Virus record (IMG/VR): IMGVR_UViG_3300046513_000233
Length of the DNA stretch: 64,000 nt
Reading direction: 5' to 3' (one strand)
Source of the DNA: an uncultured virus (IMG/VR IMGVR_UViG_3300046513_000233)
Taxonomy: Duplodnaviria; Heunggongvirae; Uroviricota; Caudoviricetes
Shown: one piece after another, positions 18,611 through 26,951 of the stretch
How the letters are laid out: every line of letters begins with the position of its first letter
Numbering within the stretch: the first letter of the stretch is position 1
Position numbers and translations under genes: made by a program
Notes under the pieces: generated by a model
The model's database searches: none
What the model saw: only the letters and a program-made list of their open reading frames with translations
Told to the model about the DNA's origin: nothing

Positions 18611-18929
18611 TTGATAGCCCTTTCAATCTTTCAATCTCTTTCGCGTCCTCAATAGCGAGAGCCGCGTCCTTTTCACTCGCTGTGTTCAGCGTCGTAATTC
18701 TGCCGTTGAGCAAAGCCACCTTAATGGCCATGTCTCTTTCGATCTGCAGATTTACGCCATGCATAACGGCGCCCTGATACATGAAGCCTGCGATGGCAAC
18801 CGCGATGGCTGCCAAGGCAAACTTCAAGTTCTTGAAGACGTACGCCGCTGCACCCAACGCCACGACAGCAAGCACGGTGATAATCACCAAAACCCAATGT
18901 GAGGCGAGATAGAGCAACAAAGCCGACAT
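18540..18929 (-). CDS. i-spanin (Rz-like)
   Basis: N-terminal TM segments, coiled coil, C-terminal Cys. Confidence 0.7.
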   Translation of the reverse strand: MSALLLYLASHWVLVIITVLAVVALGAAAYVFKNLKFALAAIAVAIAGFMYQGAVMHGVNLQIERDMAIKVALLNGRITTLNTASEKDAALAIEDAKEIERLKGLSSETPANGNACLDVDAARRVRNIR

Positions 18930-19744
18930 TACGAAACCTGCTTTCGAACCCACGTCCGAACGTCGCTAGGCCCCATGAACAACACGATTAGAATCGCGAT
19001 GACCAAGAGACAGGCGAAGACGGCAACGATTGCCCAAGGGCTAGTGAGATACCCCAGCAAGCCCGTAGCGCCGCCACCCATGGCCCAACCGCTAAGGCCG
19101 CGCCATTTGCGCTTCAGCCAAGAAGCACGCGGCTCGGCGTCGCGCTCTGCGCTGTCCTGTACCTGCTGTTCCTGTTCGGCCGGTGTCGCGTCGTTGGGAA
19201 CAACGGTTGTGTCAGCATCGGAACCGTTATCGGTCTGCGGGTCATCAAGAAGCGTAGCCGGCTTGTATGTATCGCCCGCGTCGCAGAACTCAAAATGCAT
19301 CGGGTCTGTGCGATTTTTGTAATTTCCGCCCCAGCGAGCGCCCTGCCGCTTGAACGCATCAATCACCGGCTGCGGAATGTTACCGTGGCCAGCGCCGAAT
19401 CCGTTGGCATCCGCATTGATATCGATCGCAGCGCCGTAGGCGTGGTTTGACCACTTGGTGGTGCTGCCTCGAATGAAGCGGGGGTTGTAAGCGCCGTTGT
19501 ATTTGGAGATGCCAAGCGCATCAATCTTCTCTTGGTCCTTGCCGTAGTGTTCCCAAATCTCAGTGAGAGCAGCAAGCAACGCAGAGGCTGCCTTCTTGTG
19601 AAACTTGATAGAGGCTACGGGCTTTCCGTCATAGTACATCTTGAACGGCGGAACGACCGGTACAAGCTGCGCTTCAACCTGCGGGCCGGGGGTGCCGTAG
19701 AACTGCAATAGGTCCGCTTGATTATCGCGCGGCCATCTAGACAT
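18929..19744 (-). CDS. endolysin, M15-family peptidase with C-terminal TM segments
   Basis: YNPR.IRG, SNHAYGAAIDIN, WGG.Y..R.DPMHFE. Confidence 0.85.
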   Translation of the reverse strand: MSRWPRDNQADLLQFYGTPGPQVEAQLVPVVPPFKMYYDGKPVASIKFHKKAASALLAALTEIWEHYGKDQEKIDALGISKYNGAYNPRFIRGSTTKWSNHAYGAAIDINADANGFGAGHGNIPQPVIDAFKRQGARWGGNYKNRTDPMHFEFCDAGDTYKPATLLDDPQTDNGSDADTTVVPNDATPAEQEQQVQDSAERDAEPRASWLKRKWRGLSGWAMGGGATGLLGYLTSPWAIVAVFACLLVIAILIVLFMGPSDVRTWVRKQVS

Positions 19745-19749
19745 TTAAT

Positions 19750-20067
19750 TTATTCCCTCGAAATGGTGACGCGCCCGACCCCGACTCCGGTGAGTCCAAT
19801 CGCCTTGGCGGCGCCTAATGAAAGATCGATATCGCGGCCACGTATGAACGGGCCTCTATCGGTGATGCGGACTGTTACGCAGCCATCACGACAGACACGA
19901 AGCTTCGTGCCGAATGGCAACGTACGGTGAGCCGCAGTCATGGCCAGCGGCTTGAAATACTCGCCGCTCGCCGTCTGTTGTCCGCGTGAATAGTAGCTAG
20001 CGACTTCCGCGCTCACTGATGCAGGCAATAAAAAAACCGCCACAAGGGCGGCTAGAAGAACTCGCAA
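19750..20067 (-). CDS. RlpA-like lytic transglycosylase (DPBB fold), signal peptide
   Basis: ASYY, TASGE, TAAHRTLPFGT, V.I.DRGPF..GR.IDLS..AA. Confidence 0.9.
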   Translation of the reverse strand: MRVLLAALVAVFLLPASVSAEVASYYSRGQQTASGEYFKPLAMTAAHRTLPFGTKLRVCRDGCVTVRITDRGPFIRGRDIDLSLGAAKAIGLTGVGVGRVTISRE

Positions 20068-20077
20068 TGAACGGACC

Positions 20078-20371
20078 CTAGTTGAGTTGCTTGAACGCGG
20101 GGCCGTCAATCGGCACGTAATTATTGACAGTCGCTACCACGTTGCGAAGGCTCTCAACCGCGGCGCCCGTCTGGCGCGACTGTTGAGCGTTCTCAATCAG
20201 AAGCGCTGGCAACCACCTGTCTGTGCAGTCGTACGCGTCGACGGGCTGGCCTGTGTTAGGGCTCATGCCGACAACATGAACCCACTTAGGGCAATTGTGT
20301 TTGGTCACGCCGTCGAAGCACGTCTTCGTAAAGCCGGTGTACGGACATTTAACTTTCTTATCAGGCAGCAA
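20078..20371 (-). CDS. hypothetical phage protein
   Basis: CP...C...W...G..P.TG......C; LLIEN....QTGAAVES.RN. Confidence 0.65.
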   Translation of the reverse strand: MLPDKKVKCPYTGFTKTCFDGVTKHNCPKWVHVVGMSPNTGQPVDAYDCTDRWLPALLIENAQQSRQTGAAVESLRNVVATVNNYVPIDGPAFKQLN

Positions 20372-20615
20372 TTTCTTTCCTCGCTTCTAATTCCCAAGCA
20401 TCCACGAACTTTTGATACGGTGCGAAGTCGTCAATTTTCAGTGGAGGCTTCAAACCGACAGTAACGCCGGGCGGGTGCCAGTACTCGACTTCACCGTGAT
20501 CGCCGTACCACTGCACAGCATGAATGTCCGCATCGTATAAAGTAGAACAATCAACTTCCTGCGAAAACCCTTCAACGTTCACCCGATTTTCTTCAACGAT
20601 AATTGTTACGCGCAT
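20361..20615 (-). CDS. tail-associated hypothetical protein
   Basis: IHAVQW....GEVE motif; position after the fibre gene. Confidence 0.5.
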   Translation of the reverse strand: MRVTIIVEENRVNVEGFSQEVDCSTLYDADIHAVQWYGDHGEVEYWHPPGVTVGLKPPLKIDDFAPYQKFVDAWELEARKEIAA

Positions 20616-20629
20616 TCGAATCCTCCAAA

Positions 20630-21322
20630 TTAGTCTTTGCTACAAATAATCAAATCAACATAGGCAATGTTCATCGTGATCCCATGGCTATGTGCGCCGT
20701 CGCCGCCTGTGCTTCCCGTTGTGCCGGGGATGTGAAAGCTCATTGTACTAACGGTCGCGGTGCCGTCGTTTCTAACCTGCGAGAACGTCTCGTACGCGTG
20801 GCTATGCGAAGGCATTGTAGAGACACTGAGCGTGCCGCCATTTGTACCGATCGTGCCATTTAAAATAGACGAAAACGCCGTGGCACCACCGGACCCAGCG
20901 GCGCCACTAACGACACGCAACGCCTTGTCGTTGTGCGTTACCTGCTTAGTCCAATAGACCGGTGCCGTTGTCTGCTGGAACAGCATCAGCACACCCGAGT
21001 TGAAGCAGCTTTTAAGCGCGTTGCCGAACTGGGCCGGCAAAGCGCAAAACACATCCTTCGTTCCAGCGGGGAAGTTGACAAGAGCGCCAGCATTTGAGGA
21101 ATCGTATACCTGACTACGCTGCAGCGTGTTGCCAGTTACCCACGTGCCAAATCCAACCTCCCAAGCACTACCCGGCAAGACAATGCAATAGAATGTGGTA
21201 TCACCATTAGCCATGCCCGAGCTAAACGTTTTGTAGCCCGGAAGCGCTCCACCTAGAGCGATAGCACCCGTTCCAGTTGTCGAGGTTACTTCGCGAGTCC
21301 GGTCTTTTAGAATATGCGCCAT
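20630..21322 (-). CDS. tail fibre / collar-like protein
   Basis: DR.RE...TTGTG N-terminus; MLF.QT.AP..WTK; MPSHSH...HSH. Confidence 0.7.
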   Translation of the reverse strand: MAHILKDRTREVTSTTGTGAIALGGALPGYKTFSSGMANGDTTFYCIVLPGSAWEVGFGTWVTGNTLQRSQVYDSSNAGALVNFPAGTKDVFCALPAQFGNALKSCFNSGVLMLFQQTTAPVYWTKQVTHNDKALRVVSGAAGSGGATAFSSILNGTIGTNGGTLSVSTMPSHSHAYETFSQVRNDGTATVSTMSFHIPGTTGSTGGDGAHSHGITMNIAYVDLIICSKD

Positions 21323-21325
21323 TGC

Positions 21326-22108
21326 TTAAAGTCGCTCTTCAATCGTGTACTGTTTTGTAAATGTCGAAACGGACGGCTGCACGACTGGCGTTAGCGAAGT
21401 CATCAGGCCCCACACTGAGTCTCGCGCCAAATTCGCGCTGTCAGGGTTCGTAACGAAAAGGACATCAGTCTTTAGCGCGTTCGTGCGGTCAACGTCTTCA
21501 ACAAACCCGTCTCTGTCCGATTGAGTCAAGAAATCGAACGTGACATCAATTGTTCTAAACACGGTGTCTGGAAACACCTGCGTTTGTCCACCTCTCGTCT
21601 TGGACCTCAATGAAAGATCGGAGTATGTCCGCGACCAGCCCTTCGCAAAATTGTAGCTGAACTGCGTTCTTAGACCGATGAATACTCTACCGACTTCCAC
21701 TAGTCCGCCGCTGTCGTCAAACTTATCGATGCGAAAATATCGCGCGCTCAATGGGGCTGGAAGCAGCGCAATACTCGAATTGTATCGCTGGTCATAGAAT
21801 ATGCCATTAACAGAACCGATCATGTCAGGCTGGGTAAAGACCTCACCGGCAGCGCCGGTTGAGTCAATCGCCGACGCTTTCATGCGAATGGCGTTGCCGG
21901 TTAGACCAAAGGCAGCCATGGTATCGAAATTTACCATGGCGCCCATATCAATAATGATTGAGTCTTGAGCGGGAGTCGTCCCGCGCCATTTACGCGCAAT
22001 ATGAGGATTCGTGATATTTGAAACCGGCAAAAGAAGATTGGAAGACGTTGCAGTAATCAGCGCTGCCGTATCGACCAAATTTGTATATGCAATGCAGGCG
22101 TTACCCAT
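21326..22108 (-). CDS. tail protein
   Basis: Position in tail module; beta-rich. Confidence 0.55.
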   Translation of the reverse strand: MGNACIAYTNLVDTAALITATSSNLLLPVSNITNPHIARKWRGTTPAQDSIIIDMGAMVNFDTMAAFGLTGNAIRMKASAIDSTGAAGEVFTQPDMIGSVNGIFYDQRYNSSIALLPAPLSARYFRIDKFDDSGGLVEVGRVFIGLRTQFSYNFAKGWSRTYSDLSLRSKTRGGQTQVFPDTVFRTIDVTFDFLTQSDRDGFVEDVDRTNALKTDVLFVTNPDSANLARDSVWGLMTSLTPVVQPSVSTFTKQYTIEERL

Positions 22109-23666
22109 AAGCTACCATTTCGATTGTGTTGTCTTTGGCGTTCTCCGTCATTTCAACAATGCGAAGGTTTCGACCGACTGTTAAGTCCCAACGTGGGTAC
22201 GTCAGATTAATGATGTCACCTAAGTCCAAGGCGAACGGCTGCACGCCAACGCTTACACGATACAAGCCGGCTTTGGCCCGATACAGCGCTAGAAGCCGAT
22301 CTGACTCGGCCTGCGCATCAGCCTGATTGACAAAGTAGCTGACAATAGGGTCTCTATCATGCGCGAATGGGTGATCAGTTTTCACCGTCAAGTCAGTGGA
22401 GTCCGAGTAGCGATCAGCTTGCGCTAGAAAGCTTTTCATCGTCGCGCTAACGCTGCCGGCAACGTCAGTCTGTACCGTCCAATTATGTTGATATCCGCAT
22501 CGGAACCTATACGGCGGAGGCGTCAACGATGACGGCAACGCTTCCCGCGAAATTTGCAGCACGTCGCTGCGATCGAAAACCGCATTTGGTTGCGTACCTG
22601 TTGGCGTTTTGAAAATGCCAAGTTCGAACTGGCCGGTGCGTCTAAACCCACCCCACCCACCTATGCCACCCATGATATTTGAAATGGCGTCGGCAACCGT
22701 GTTGGTATCGTCTGGCGCGATGTAGTAACCAACGTCTGCCGTGTTCGAAATTGCATTGAACGACGGCAGGTACAGGCCCTGCGGATCAGCAATAGTTGTG
22801 GTTTGCAGCAACCGTCTAACGATAGCCGCTGAAGTTCGCGACCACACACCGCCCTTATTGTCACCCTGAATATCGCAAGTCACCGTGCCTGTCGGTGAGC
22901 TACCGAGTTTGAACCAACCGGCCGTCTTGCACGTACCGTATTTGCCGCTCGTGATCGATGCAGCCGCGAGAGTCGTTGTATCCGCGAAATCAGCCTGAAA
23001 TGTCAGCGGCGTTCCGCGGTCATAAACGGCAACAACGGCGTTTATCGAGCCGTCGTGAACTTGATACATCAAGGAAGATGGAATGACTAAGGGCGGAGAT
23101 ATGTTGTAGCACGTGCCGAAGCAACGCGGTTTTCGTTTGCCCTTTAGATCGGACGTGCCTTCTGTGCTTCCCGTGCCAGCATAGTTGTTTGGCTGCGCTG
23201 CAACGTCCAATAGGTAGCCATTGTCTACCAACTTAATCTTAACTGCATCTTCGGCAACAACCCAATCAGAAGCCGTGCCGTTGAACACCGTGAAGAACGT
23301 GTTGTATGCGTCCCCTTCTCGCCCGACCTTTACGATAATGTCTCTTCCATCGATCGCAAAATTCTGGATTAGAAAGTCATACGTACCGTCCGTATTTGCA
23401 ATCTCAAGATCGCCCGTGCCGGATGAAAAGTTTCCAATGATATCTGAACCAAGCAACGATCTTGTGAAACTAAGCGGCTGCACCAGCGTTCCGAAAAACG
23501 GAGTCGATGCTGGCGCGTCGCTGTCGTTTGTTACGAATTCATTCGTAGCAGAGAAGATTCGAAACTCGCGCGAAATAGTAAGGTGAGACTCGCTCAGAAG
23601 CGAAGTCCTAGCGGACCAAAACGCGTCGCTAAACGTGTATTCTCCGAAGGCTTCGCTTCCGAACAT
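22101..23666 (-). CDS. tail tip / hub-like protein
   Basis: Y.GTG..EG..DLKGK.KP..FG...N..P; LDLGD.I.LT.PR. Confidence 0.65.
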   Translation of the reverse strand: MFGSEAFGEYTFSDAFWSARTSLLSESHLTISREFRIFSATNEFVTNDSDAPASTPFFGTLVQPLSFTRSLLGSDIIGNFSSGTGDLEIANTDGTYDFLIQNFAIDGRDIIVKVGREGDAYNTFFTVFNGTASDWVVAEDAVKIKLVDNGYLLDVAAQPNNYAGTGSTEGTSDLKGKRKPRCFGTCYNISPPLVIPSSLMYQVHDGSINAVVAVYDRGTPLTFQADFADTTTLAAASITSGKYGTCKTAGWFKLGSSPTGTVTCDIQGDNKGGVWSRTSAAIVRRLLQTTTIADPQGLYLPSFNAISNTADVGYYIAPDDTNTVADAISNIMGGIGGWGGFRRTGQFELGIFKTPTGTQPNAVFDRSDVLQISREALPSSLTPPPYRFRCGYQHNWTVQTDVAGSVSATMKSFLAQADRYSDSTDLTVKTDHPFAHDRDPIVSYFVNQADAQAESDRLLALYRAKAGLYRVSVGVQPFALDLGDIINLTYPRWDLTVGRNLRIVEMTENAKDNTIEMVAYG

Positions 23667-23675
23667 AGTCTTTCC

Positions 23676-24368
23676 TTACTGAGATAGAGTCCACGGCGAG
23701 ATTTCCGCCGCATAGATCAGCTTCCGTTTGTTGTCGGTAGCCAAGATTTTTTTGTAGTTCGATGTTGGCACGCCGCCAACAAAGCCAGTCCCAAGCATTG
23801 CCACAGACAATTGCACGATAGACGTAGTAAGCGGGAATTCGATTCCGCGACCAAACCATTGTGCGTGCGTTGGTAGACGCGGCCTAAAGCGTACCGGCTC
23901 CGAGAATGGCGCGTACCAACGATCGGCCGAAACAGCTTCATAGAATGGTGCGAATTGAACAAAGCTTGCAAACTGTTGAAGTCTAGTTGGCAGCGAAGGA
24001 CGAAACCGAACCGGTTCATTAAGAGGAACGAACCATCTGTCTGCCGACACACTTTCAGCAAACGGAGCAAACTGAATAAATGACGCAAATTGCTGCGCAC
24101 CCGTGTGAAGCGAGGAGCGGAGTTGTTTGAAACGCGTGGGTTCGTTAAATGGCACGAACCACTTATCTGCCGATACCCTTTCAGCAAACGGAGCGAACTG
24201 AACAAAACTAGCGAACTGTTGCGCCCCGGTGTGCATTGGCTTTCGCGAACGCACAATGTCCGTATTGAACGGTTGATGCCAACTGTCTTCGTTCGCGTTC
24301 ACGACCGGCGCAGCGGTCGTAATCTGGCCTAGCGCAACACGCCCTAGTGCGTCACCGCCTAAAAGCAT
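23676..24368 (-). CDS. repeat-containing virion protein
   Basis: Three ~38-40 aa repeats QQFASFVQFAPF.E.VSAD.W..P..EP.RF. Confidence 0.6.
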   Translation of the reverse strand: MLLGGDALGRVALGQITTAAPVVNANEDSWHQPFNTDIVRSRKPMHTGAQQFASFVQFAPFAERVSADKWFVPFNEPTRFKQLRSSLHTGAQQFASFIQFAPFAESVSADRWFVPLNEPVRFRPSLPTRLQQFASFVQFAPFYEAVSADRWYAPFSEPVRFRPRLPTHAQWFGRGIEFPLTTSIVQLSVAMLGTGFVGGVPTSNYKKILATDNKRKLIYAAEISPWTLSQ

Positions 24369-24371
24369 GGC

Positions 24372-25727
24372 TTACAACCTCGCGTTAGCGGTCCAGTGAC
24401 ACGAGAGCACCAAGATAGTTCCTGCTGTAATAGTGCCGTAAACACGGAACCCATTTTCGCCGATAAGATCAGGGCCTCCGGGAGTCAGGTCTACATTGTT
24501 TTGGCGGTCGCGTATTTTATTCACGGCTCCGGTTTCTGAATATACGACAACAGTCGGGGCCGCACGTTTGGATACTTTGAACCTCGGAGTCAGTGCTCCA
24601 TTGAGGACGGTCGCCGAAGTCGTGGCAAGAAACATATTTTCCACGCCATTTGCCGACGACGTGCCGAGAGCCGTCGCATAGTCGTAAGACTTCTCATAGT
24701 AGCGCTTACAGCTAACGATATCGTTGTTGAAATCCGGTAGTACAAACGCTGGAGCAGAACCACCCTCTACAAACAGCGCATCGAACATTTCACACACGTT
24801 GCCATTGGTGGCGAACACGTTCGCGCTTTGGCTTGGATGCATCAAGAACAACTGCACTGAGATGCCAGAAGTGTTGTCCGTAGCCCAAGTACCTGTCGTC
24901 ATTCCGGCAAGCGTAACCTGCTTCGATACGTCTGTTCCGACTTCCGGTGCAGCAACAGTAATGAGGCCAGATGTCGCAGATGCACCTGATGCGTTCGTAG
25001 CCTGAACTACGTACGTTCCAGATACTGGCGGCTTGAAGCCAACAGAGAACGTCGCCGTCTTTGCGGACGCAGTGCCCCACATAAGGTCTGCAACTCGCTG
25101 GCCTTCAATCTTCTGTTGCAAGTATACAAGCGTAGAACCAACTGTAGCCTGCGCCGCCGTGACAGTGACGCGAAGGCGATGCGTTGATCCACCCGGAGTA
25201 GCCGACGCAACTTGAGCAGCGGAGAATGTAGCAGTGCCGGGGGACGAAGTCTGAATGGACCACTGATCTGCGAGAAAGTACCCACTGGTAGTTCCGGCCG
25301 CGGTGCCGTTCTCTTGCGAAATCTGCATGCCGCCGTTTAGGAGATAATTCTTTTTTAGAGCATCGATATTCGCGCGGGCTTGCGCCTTTTGCAGATAGCT
25401 CCACGCGTTAGCTTCATCGATAAGAAGCAAATCTTCCTTGAGCAATACAATCGCCACGCTAGGCGTAAGCGTGAAACTAATCTTCGATGTCGAGCCGGAC
25501 GAATTGAAAAGCACAGTTGTTCGCGAGAGGACGCCAGAACTATACGTGCCCTCCCCCACTTCCCACTGAGAAAGGTCCGCGCTCTCAGCGCGATATTTAT
25601 ACAAGCGACCATTCACCACGCCGGCCGCTGTAGGCGATTGATACCCGACGACTGCCGACGAAAAAGTGAAATCTGATGTGCCGCCCGCCGTGGGGGCGAA
25701 GCGGCAACCGTCAAGTTGACCAGCCAT
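24372..25727 (-). CDS. tail fibre / receptor-binding protein
   Basis: QARANI, KNYLLNG.M.I.Q, C.RYYEKSY, W.ANARL; S/T/G-rich. Confidence 0.75.
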   Translation of the reverse strand: MAGQLDGCRFAPTAGGTSDFTFSSAVVGYQSPTAAGVVNGRLYKYRAESADLSQWEVGEGTYSSGVLSRTTVLFNSSGSTSKISFTLTPSVAIVLLKEDLLLIDEANAWSYLQKAQARANIDALKKNYLLNGGMQISQENGTAAGTTSGYFLADQWSIQTSSPGTATFSAAQVASATPGGSTHRLRVTVTAAQATVGSTLVYLQQKIEGQRVADLMWGTASAKTATFSVGFKPPVSGTYVVQATNASGASATSGLITVAAPEVGTDVSKQVTLAGMTTGTWATDNTSGISVQLFLMHPSQSANVFATNGNVCEMFDALFVEGGSAPAFVLPDFNNDIVSCKRYYEKSYDYATALGTSSANGVENMFLATTSATVLNGALTPRFKVSKRAAPTVVVYSETGAVNKIRDRQNNVDLTPGGPDLIGENGFRVYGTITAGTILVLSCHWTANARL

Positions 25728-25996
25728 TTAAAATCCGTATGTGCGAAGTGTCCGCGCTCGACTTTCGGCGCGCTCTAATTTCTTTTCGAATGGGTCACAG
25801 TTGCCGCGATCGGCGCATGAAGGACAGACTAACGACCAACAGAGCGAACAGCTTCCGCCTAAATCCTCCGGACGCTCCTTCGGCTTCACTATCGTGAGTC
25901 CGTTGCAGTGACCGCATGTGATCGTGTGCATTTCGATCGTCTCGAATTCGCTTGTGATCACGTAGCAACCAAACTTCTTCATTCTCTCCCCCAATG

Positions 25997-26026
25997 AAAA
26001 ACCCGCCACGCGTTAGCGTGACGGGT
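25997..26026 (-). terminator. rho-independent terminator
   Basis: ACCCGTCACGC/GCGTGGCGGGT hairpin plus U-tract. Confidence 0.65.
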
Positions 26027-26051
26027 CGTAAGAAAGTGCAGTCCAGTCTTA

Positions 26052-26525
26052 TTACTGCTCAACAAACTCCAACTGAGCAACAGCAGTACCCGTATAGCCC
26101 GGCGATTTCACGCGGAAGGCAAGACCGGCAGCCGTCGTAGCGGGAATAACCAATTCCTGCCCGGGATAGGCAACCCAACGATGCGTAGCACGTTGGTTCA
26201 TGCCGGCTGCCCACTGCGAAGTGTTGGCCGTGAAAGTTGGTTCAACCGTCTGATTGATCGTCGACACACCGCTAAACGCAGCGTCCGCAACATCAATAGG
26301 AACAACGTTGCCAGTCGTTCCCGTACCGACCGCGGTAGTTCGCGACACATCCCACGTCATGGCGTTGTCGGCCGGCGTACCGTCAGTACCGAAAACAAAC
26401 TCGTGCAGCTTGATCCGCCGCGGCGTAGCGCCTGCAGACAGATTAATAAGGGTCTTGAACGTTGTTGTAATGGCCTGCTGTGCAGGCGTCGTAGCGTTAA
26501 GGTTGGAAGCCGCGAAACCGGCCAT
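26052..26525 (-). CDS. virion structural protein
   Basis: T/A-rich, in tail module, AGGA RBS. Confidence 0.55.
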   Translation of the reverse strand: MAGFAASNLNATTPAQQAITTTFKTLINLSAGATPRRIKLHEFVFGTDGTPADNAMTWDVSRTTAVGTGTTGNVVPIDVADAAFSGVSTINQTVEPTFTANTSQWAAGMNQRATHRWVAYPGQELVIPATTAAGLAFRVKSPGYTGTAVAQLEFVEQ

Positions 26526-26540
26526 AGGTGCTATTCCTTG

Positions 26541-26948
26541 TTAATCGAATTGAATAATGAACTGGCCAGCCGAGAACTGTACCGATTCACCAATTGGAGT
26601 CGTCTGCACAATAGTTAGAGGCCCAAATAACATCATATTGCCACCACCAGAGTTGTCACTGATGCTGACGTGCGTGATAGTTCCCCAATCTGATAAAGCT
26701 GGTCCGAACGTAACCGCGGCGTTATTGTTGGAGATGCCGGTTACTGAATCAGTCACGTTCATCTTCGACGTTGCAGCAATACGGGCATATCCCGTGCCGG
26801 TAGTCGACACCTCCGCAGCGAACGACCCCGCCTGTGTCGGATCGGCCGTATGAAGGCCAATGTACACGGTGGCAGGCATCGCGTAGGCTGCTAGACCAAG
26901 TGAATGGTCTAGCAGTTTCTTTTGCAGATAAGACGTAAGAGAGGCCAT
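26541..26948 (-). CDS. phage tail fibre-like small protein
   Basis: VYIGLHTADP...EVS..GYAR...WGTITH....D...GGN. Confidence 0.7.
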   Translation of the reverse strand: MASLTSYLQKKLLDHSLGLAAYAMPATVYIGLHTADPTQAGSFAAEVSTTGTGYARIAATSKMNVTDSVTGISNNNAAVTFGPALSDWGTITHVSISDNSGGGNMMLFGPLTIVQTTPIGESVQFSAGQFIIQFD

Positions 26949-26951
26949 GGC

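Noticed and set aside
23676..25727. Diversity-generating retroelement acting on tail fibres
   Set aside because: No reverse transcriptase in the window; the repeats are in-frame tandem units, not an adenine-specific TR/VR pair.
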